From Longimicrobiales bacterium (lineage in GTDB: Bacteria > Gemmatimonadota > Gemmatimonadetes > Longimicrobiales > Gaopeijiaceae), in contig OZ250165.1 in assembly GCA_965238005.1 (NCBI GenBank), positions 4,640,001 to 4,704,000 on the forward strand: a stretch of DNA of 64,000 bases, given 5' to 3'. Positions 59,097-64,000 of this stretch are shown here, one piece after another. Numbering within the stretch: position 1 is the stretch's first letter; each line of letters starts with the position of its first letter. A program made the translations under genes and the position numbers. The notes beneath the pieces are model-generated. The model worked only from the letters and a program-made list of their open reading frames with translations. It made no database searches and had not been told where the DNA came from.

Positions 59097-59163
59097 CCGT
59101 CAGGAGTAGACGCGACGGCAGGAGTCGACCGGGCACCAGAACCGTGATTAATCGAGCGAGTGG

Positions 59164-59844
59164 ATGAAGCAGACCGGACGCCTGGGCTTTCGCATCGTGA
59201 TGGACCTCCCCCGACCGGGCCCCGAGCTGGTGGCGCGCTTTCGAGGAGTTCCGAGCTCCAATGCCGCCGACGTCATGGGACGCTTCCACTTCATGGATTC
59301 GGGAATCACGAGCCGGTCGGGCATGCCGGCGTGCGGCGTCGCCATCACTGTGAGCTGCCGGCCGGGGGACAACCTCATGGTGCACAAGGCCCTCGAGGTC
59401 GCCGAGCCCGGTGACGTGGTCGTGGTCACGACCAACGGCAACACCACGAGCGCCGTCTTCGGCGAGCTCATGTGCAGCTCCGCCGTGGCAGCCCGTCTCG
59501 GCGGCATCGTTGTGGACGGGGCCATCCGTGACGTCTCCCAGATCGCCGCCCTGTCGTTCCCGGCGTTCAGCCGGTGCGTGAGCCCAGGAGGATGCGACAA
59601 AGACGGCCCCGGGGAGATCAACGTCCCCATCGCCTGCGGGGGCACCGCCGTGATGCCCGGGGACATCGTCTTGGGCGATGAGGACGGAGTGGTCGTGGTG
59701 CCCCGGGACGCCGCGGGACAGGTTGCGGAGCTCGTCGACGCGCTGCAGGCCAGAGAGGCCGCGCGTATCGAGGCGATTCAGGGGGGCGAGATCTTCAAGG
59801 CCCAGATCGACGAGAGCCTCCGAGAAAAAGGGATCATTGAGTGA
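59164..59844 (+). CDS. RraA family / HMG-CHA aldolase-like protein
   Basis: PGDNLMVHKAL, AVFGELM, VVDGAIRDV, PGDIVLGDEDGVVVVP. Confidence 0.9.
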   Translation: MKQTGRLGFRIVMDLPRPGPELVARFRGVPSSNAADVMGRFHFMDSGITSRSGMPACGVAITVSCRPGDNLMVHKALEVAEPGDVVVVTTNGNTTSAVFGELMCSSAVAARLGGIVVDGAIRDVSQIAALSFPAFSRCVSPGGCDKDGPGEINVPIACGGTAVMPGDIVLGDEDGVVVVPRDAAGQVAELVDALQAREAARIEAIQGGEIFKAQIDESLREKGIIE

Positions 59845-59920
59845 CGTCCCCTTCGCCGCTGCTCCTCATGACGCCGGGGCCCACTCGGGTGCCGGACCGT
59901 GTGTTGGCGGCCGGCGCACA
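59841..59920 (+). pseudogene. N-terminal stub of a class V aminotransferase
   Basis: LLMTPGPTRVPDRVLAAGA, coupled to the RraA gene stop and then cut off. Confidence 0.65.
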
Positions 59921-60262
59921 CGTGAGCCCCCGCTTGAGAATCACCCTAAGGACGGTCTCCCGCTGGGCACCCAGGGCCATGCGGATACCGATCTCGTGGG
60001 TACGCTGGCTCACGCCGAAGGCGATGACCCCGGCGAGGCTGACCAGGAACGCGACACCCGCAAAGATCGACAGGAGGACCACCGGCGTGAAGCGACTGGC
60101 GAACGCGATGAGCAGGTCGGTTCCCATCCAGGCGATCAAGAGGCCCAAGACGCCGCCGGCTATCGCCAGGAGGGTGTGCTCCGCGATCAGCTGCTGAACG
60201 AGCCTGCCACGCCGCGCGCCCAGAGCTGTGCGTACCGCGAGCTCCTGCGTCCGCTTCGTCAT
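59921..60262 (-). pseudogene. ADOP-type ABC permease remnant (pieces of both FtsX domains)
   Basis: RTQELAVRTALGARRGRLVQQL fused to VSQRTHEIGIRMALGA; downstream of padR. Confidence 0.8.
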
Positions 60263-60313
60263 AGGCTCTCTAGAATGCGCTCAGCAGCTCGCGGGGGCCT
60301 TACGCCACCGGGA

Positions 60314-60649
60314 TCACAGCCCGCCATCGAGCTCCGCCTCCAGCCCCCGCCAGAGCCCAATGAGTGCTTGCCGCGATTCCCGAAGCGCAGCCAACCCCTT
60401 AGGCGTGACGCTCACATAGCGACGACGGCGTCCTCCTCGCGTGTCGGAGGGATCACCGTAGTGCGACGCGATGAGGCCCTTTGTCTCGAGTCTGTCGAAG
60501 GTGACGTAGAGGGCGCCTCGAGATACCTCGCGGCCCGATCGCTCCTGGATCTCCCGAGTGAGCCTCACGCCGTAGGCCTCATCGCCCAAATGGAGGGAGG
60601 CCAGGAGGACCATCTGCTCGAATTCACCCAGATATCGCTTCACTGACAC
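60314..60649 (-). CDS. PadR family transcriptional regulator
   Basis: LGEFEQMVLLA...AYGV...SRGALYVTFDRLETKG...RGGRRRRYV.VT..G. Confidence 0.92.
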   Translation of the reverse strand: MSVKRYLGEFEQMVLLASLHLGDEAYGVRLTREIQERSGREVSRGALYVTFDRLETKGLIASHYGDPSDTRGGRRRRYVSVTPKGLAALRESRQALIGLWRGLEAELDGGL

Positions 60650-60871
60650 GAGTTCCTACCCGGCCAGGGTTGCCGACTTTATAAGCTTGCCAGCTTGCAA
60701 TGTAAGCAACCCGGCGAAACACGCAAGCACAGCCTCCATTTCACCCGGCGTGGCGGCCCTTCGAGCCGCTGTGTCGGACCCATACCACGTGCCAAGACGC
60801 CTTCCTCCACCCCCGAACACGCCCCCAGGGCGGGTGTACGTGAAAGCGGGTAGATCTTATGTTATATTTAC

Positions 60872-60928
60872 GATCCCGTCGATCAATCGAGATCCGGTCG
60901 GTCAACCGAGATCCCGTCGATCAACCGA
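60872..60928 (+). repeat. Three 19-bp tandem direct repeats (operator/iteron-like)
   Basis: GATCCCGTCGATCAATCGA / GATCCGGTCGGTCAACCGA / GATCCCGTCGATCAACCGA, preceded by an AT-rich patch. Confidence 0.9.
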
Positions 60929-61044
60929 GCGTCGGTGTTATGTTTAAGGTTGCACGTGCCGACACTATAGGGGTTTACGGATGGCCCGCGCGCGTTCTTT
61001 GGGCCGCCTTGATCACAGACGTTCAATCTCGGATGGACCCGACC

Positions 61045-61449
61045 ATGGCTAAGCCCGCCCTACCTTTGATCGTCAAGTGGAGAGACTTAGCCGAAGAAGG
61101 CTACTTCTACACAGATATCGCCAAAGCTCACCCCGAGTATACCGCCAGTCAGATCCGGCACTATTGCCTCGGGCACTCCGGCGCGAAGGCTCCTGGCCCG
61201 CTCCAGCGTCGCCGTCGCTGGCCCGACAACCCGTGGCTGCAAGGTGAGAAATCTCCTCATGCCCTTCTCAAGGAGGAAGACGTGAAGAGCGTGCTGGAAG
61301 ACTGGGACGAGAAGAAGGGATACTGGGGACACGCAGCTGGCCACTGGGCCAAGCTCCTGGACGTCTCCCCCAGCACGATCCTGGCTGTCCGCCGCGGCGA
61401 TACGTGGAAGCACCTCAAGCACCCGAACGCCGGACGGAAGAAGAACTAG
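61045..61449 (+). CDS. Small basic DNA-binding protein with two probable HTH motifs
   Basis: GEKSPHALLKEEDVK...AKLLDVSPSTILAVRRGDTWKHL resembles the C-terminal HTH of phage HNH endonucleases; a second HTH-like segment is YTDIAKAHPEYTASQIRHY. Start at 61033 or 61045. Confidence 0.7.
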   Translation: MAKPALPLIVKWRDLAEEGYFYTDIAKAHPEYTASQIRHYCLGHSGAKAPGPLQRRRRWPDNPWLQGEKSPHALLKEEDVKSVLEDWDEKKGYWGHAAGHWAKLLDVSPSTILAVRRGDTWKHLKHPNAGRKKN

Positions 61450-61538
61450 GAGCCCCCAGGCGGCAGCGTGGGACCGCAGGTAGCGGAGTCAGGGAGTGTG
61501 TTGTCGGAGGTGGCGCCGTCTCGCCGGTCCTGGCGAAG

Positions 61539-62185
61539 TCAGGTGTGGGGGTGGACCTGTTTCACTTGGAGGATTATTCCCCCCAGGCGCTCGGCGATGG
61601 CGTCCTCCTCCTCGACGAAGAACGCGTAGCGCGTCACGGGATCGTCATCACCGCTGGTGTCCACGTAGGTGATTCGCGCCAGGGCACCCGGAAGCTCTGG
61701 TCGGTGATGACATTGTAGGTCCGATAGACCAGGTACTCCTCGAGCACGTTCTGCTCGTCCCCGTCCCGGTCCCGGCAGTGGGTCACGAGCTTGATCTTGT
61801 TCTGCCCGTCGAACACGGTCCCCCCGAGGGAATTCTTCGGCAGGTTGAAGCGCAGCGGAGGGAAGCGGCACGTCTTTAGCCTGAATTTGCCGCGCGTTCG
61901 CACCTTGAGCTCGATCTCCCGCATGGAGCCGTCGTCCGCCGTCACGCTCAGGACGCCGGGGCGATACTCGCTGTCCTCCTTGCGATCTCCCTTGAGCTTG
62001 TCGAAGTCGGCAGCCAGGGTAAGCTCCAGGAGCTCGTTGGACGTGAAAAGAGGGGGCGGAGAAGCCGGCTCCTGAGCGGCGGCGGCGGACGCGACGGCTT
62101 GAGCCGGCGCTGGGAGCGCCATGGCCTGAACAGGGAATGAAGACACAATGGCCACGACGACGATGAGGATGACGAGCTTCCACAA
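61539..62185 (-). pseudogene. CotH-like kinase-fold exported protein, frameshifted near 61685 and 3'-truncated
   Basis: VRTRGKFR..CRFPPLR...KIKLVTHC...EYLVYRTYNVIT..SFRV, then a frame switch to LARITYVD...AFFVEE. Confidence 0.7.
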
Positions 62186-62191
62186 GGCTGG

Positions 62192-63292
62192 CTAACTCCT
62201 TCTCTTCAGTCCCTCGAGCGATCGCAGCTCCGCGGCGCGCACACGATCACCGCCCTCCTTTCGGATGGCGTCCAACAGGGCACCCGCCGGCACGTGGTCC
62301 TTGAGCCGCACGAGATACTCGAGGATGGAGACCACCCCCTCACCGGGGATGATCTCCGCCAGTCGCCATCGGATGGCCATCTCACCGAGATGCCTCTCCA
62401 CTATTTGCTGGGCCTCGCCGGCCGATTCCGTATAGACCAGCAGGATGGCGTACTGCTTCTTTTCCTTGTGGATATCGGTCTCTGCGTCCAGATAGCGGTC
62501 CACCCGAGCCACGCGGTCGGCCACCTCCTGGAGGTCGGTCTGCGGCATGGCCGTCAACAAGGCCTGGTCACCGATGGCAAGGGCCGTCCTCCCCGACTCG
62601 GGTCCTGCCAGAACGTCTCCCAGGGCCAGCCCCGACGTGCGCCCGAGCTGATCGACGTAGATGTTGCCAAACTTCATCTTCCAGAGGATCAAGTTCACCA
62701 CGTTGAATACGATGGAGGCCAGAAGGGCGGTCCCGAGGCGCTGGTCACCGGCGGCCAGGCCCACACCGATGGCCAGAAAGACGTACACGGCGTCCTTGGT
62801 GTCCTCGAGCGTGGTGCGAAAGCGAACGGCAGCCACGATCCCTGCCAGGCTGAACGCCAAGGCAACGCTCGTCTTGACGACGATGACGATGCCCGTGACG
62901 GCCACCGGCAAAATGATGAGGGTGTGCACGACCGACTGATCGTAGCCGCCCCTCCTCTTGATGATGATGTACGTCCAGGCCACGGGGATCATGATGGCTA
63001 GGGCCCCCAGGAGGGAGATCCCCTCCACGGCCAGTTCGTCCCACCCTCCGACGGCCAGGCCCTCGGCCACGGGTACCCCCCCGAACGTCTCGCTGATCGC
63101 ATCGGAGATGACGCCCCCTGCCTGGGACCGCGTTATGGCCCGGGTCAGCCGGGGAAAGGCCCAGATCAGAACGCCGAAGGTGGCGATCAGAAGGACGTAG
63201 TAGACCGAGATCCGCACCATCGAGCGGGCTACCTGACGCGACGCGAGCTCGGTCTTGGTCTCGGTCTTGGTTTTGGTCTCGGACTTACTCAA
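62192..63292 (-). CDS. DUF4956 domain membrane protein
   Basis: SVALAFSLAGIVAAVRFRTTLEDTKDAVYVFLAIGVGLAAG. Confidence 0.88.
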   Translation of the reverse strand: MSKSETKTKTETKTELASRQVARSMVRISVYYVLLIATFGVLIWAFPRLTRAITRSQAGGVISDAISETFGGVPVAEGLAVGGWDELAVEGISLLGALAIMIPVAWTYIIIKRRGGYDQSVVHTLIILPVAVTGIVIVVKTSVALAFSLAGIVAAVRFRTTLEDTKDAVYVFLAIGVGLAAGDQRLGTALLASIVFNVVNLILWKMKFGNIYVDQLGRTSGLALGDVLAGPESGRTALAIGDQALLTAMPQTDLQEVADRVARVDRYLDAETDIHKEKKQYAILLVYTESAGEAQQIVERHLGEMAIRWRLAEIIPGEGVVSILEYLVRLKDHVPAGALLDAIRKEGGDRVRAAELRSLEGLKRRS

Positions 63293-63711
63293 AGCGCATG
63301 CTCGGAACCGAATTCGGAGAGCAGCACGTCATCGAAGTGATCGGCTTGCTCCGAGGTCCATAGAATCAGATCGATGATCTCTCCCGGATCCAGGTCCTCC
63401 ACAGGACGTCCCGCCGTGAGAAAAACGATCCCGTCTTCGGCCACCGAGAATGCCGCGCGGCCGAGGAAGTCGTGGTTGAGACCGAGGAGCCGGTCCATGA
63501 ACTCGTGACGTGCGTCGGCGGGCATACGCATGATGGAGAGACGGACCACCAGCACCAGGCCTTCCGGACCCTCGGATTGCCTCACCACACCGGTGAAGCC
63601 CGAGGCGGAACCACGTTGGATGGGCTCTTCGAACCCTGCGGCCAGGGTGCCGTGCTCAAGGTGATCGAGGATGCGCTCGACCAGAGCCATCAACGACATG
63701 ATCTCAGCCAT
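63289..63711 (-). CDS. YbjN/CesT-like chaperone-fold protein
   Basis: Acidic 140-aa protein; RGSA...LSIMRMP...FMDRLLGLN...AFSV...RPVEDLDPGEI...ADHFDDVL..EFG. Confidence 0.7.
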   Translation of the reverse strand: MAEIMSLMALVERILDHLEHGTLAAGFEEPIQRGSASGFTGVVRQSEGPEGLVLVVRLSIMRMPADARHEFMDRLLGLNHDFLGRAAFSVAEDGIVFLTAGRPVEDLDPGEIIDLILWTSEQADHFDDVLLSEFGSEHAL

Positions 63712-63730
63712 GAGGCAACCTCGTCACCCC

Positions 63731-63786
63731 GACGCCGGATCCGCAAGTCCAATGAAGCGACACCGGATCCGCAAGTTCAATGAAGC
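63731..63786 (+). repeat. 28-bp tandem duplication
   Basis: GAC(G/A)CCGGATCCGCAAGT(C/T)CAATGAAGC x2. Confidence 0.92.
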
Positions 63787-63817
63787 GGAGCCGGGAAGCG
63801 GAGCCGGCCCTGAACGG

Positions 63818-64000
63818 CTACATGCTCTCCCACCAGGTGGAGCCCACCGGCTTGAAGTGGCTCAGGCGCTTGCCGGCCTTGAAGGCGTTGCAGCGGTGGT
63901 GGTAGATGTAGGTATTGTCGTCGTAGTCGGTCAAAAGCCCCGCCCCGTCCAACCCGCCGACCACCAGCCCGTTGATGGTGAAGTTGTTGTTCGTGGTCAC
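63818..64000 (-). CDS. 3' end of a gene entering from outside the window (possibly PilX-like)
   Basis: Open frame to the window edge; INGLVVGG...Y..C.......W.E C-terminal pattern. Confidence 0.5.
   Translation of the reverse strand: MTTNNNFTINGLVVGGLDGAGLLTDYDDNTYIYHHRCNAFKAGKRLSHFKPVGSTWWESM

Noticed and set aside
58929..60928. CRISPR or CRISPR-like array from the 19-21-bp repeats
   Set aside because: The repeats are contiguous with no spacers, there are only 2-3 copies, and no cas genes are present.

Overview
High-GC bacterial chromosomal window; the gene repertoire (PadR/ADOP-type permeases, DUF1592-DUF1552-ankyrin triad, PQQ-propeller dehydrogenase, Ig-domain lipoproteins, GWxTD-like protein) suggests Gemmatimonadota or a similar lineage (inference). 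No rRNA, tRNA or CRISPR array was seen. Intact modules: type III PKS plus methyltransferase; a tandem-domain diheme cytochrome plus beta-propeller pair; DUF1592/DUF1552/ankyrin; a lower-GC panG-panB-panC cassette; MarR-DinB; a ComD/ComE-like TPP decarboxylase followed by a D-aminoacylase and a peptide ABC transporter; a molybdenum hydroxylase (S-L-M) with NCS1, cyclase and amidase that looks like an uncharacterised N-heterocycle catabolic pathway; and a 3-keto-glycoside sugar cluster. The window is heavily eroded: more than a dozen genes are internally deleted, truncated, frameshifted or interrupted, and many short tandem duplications occur. Mobile DNA includes a 180-bp TA-flanked MITE and an IS91/ISCR-like remnant whose putative oriIS end recurs as a solo copy 3.1 kb away. 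An orphan double-HTH gene sits behind three 19-bp direct repeats. All family assignments come from motif recognition by eye, not database searches.
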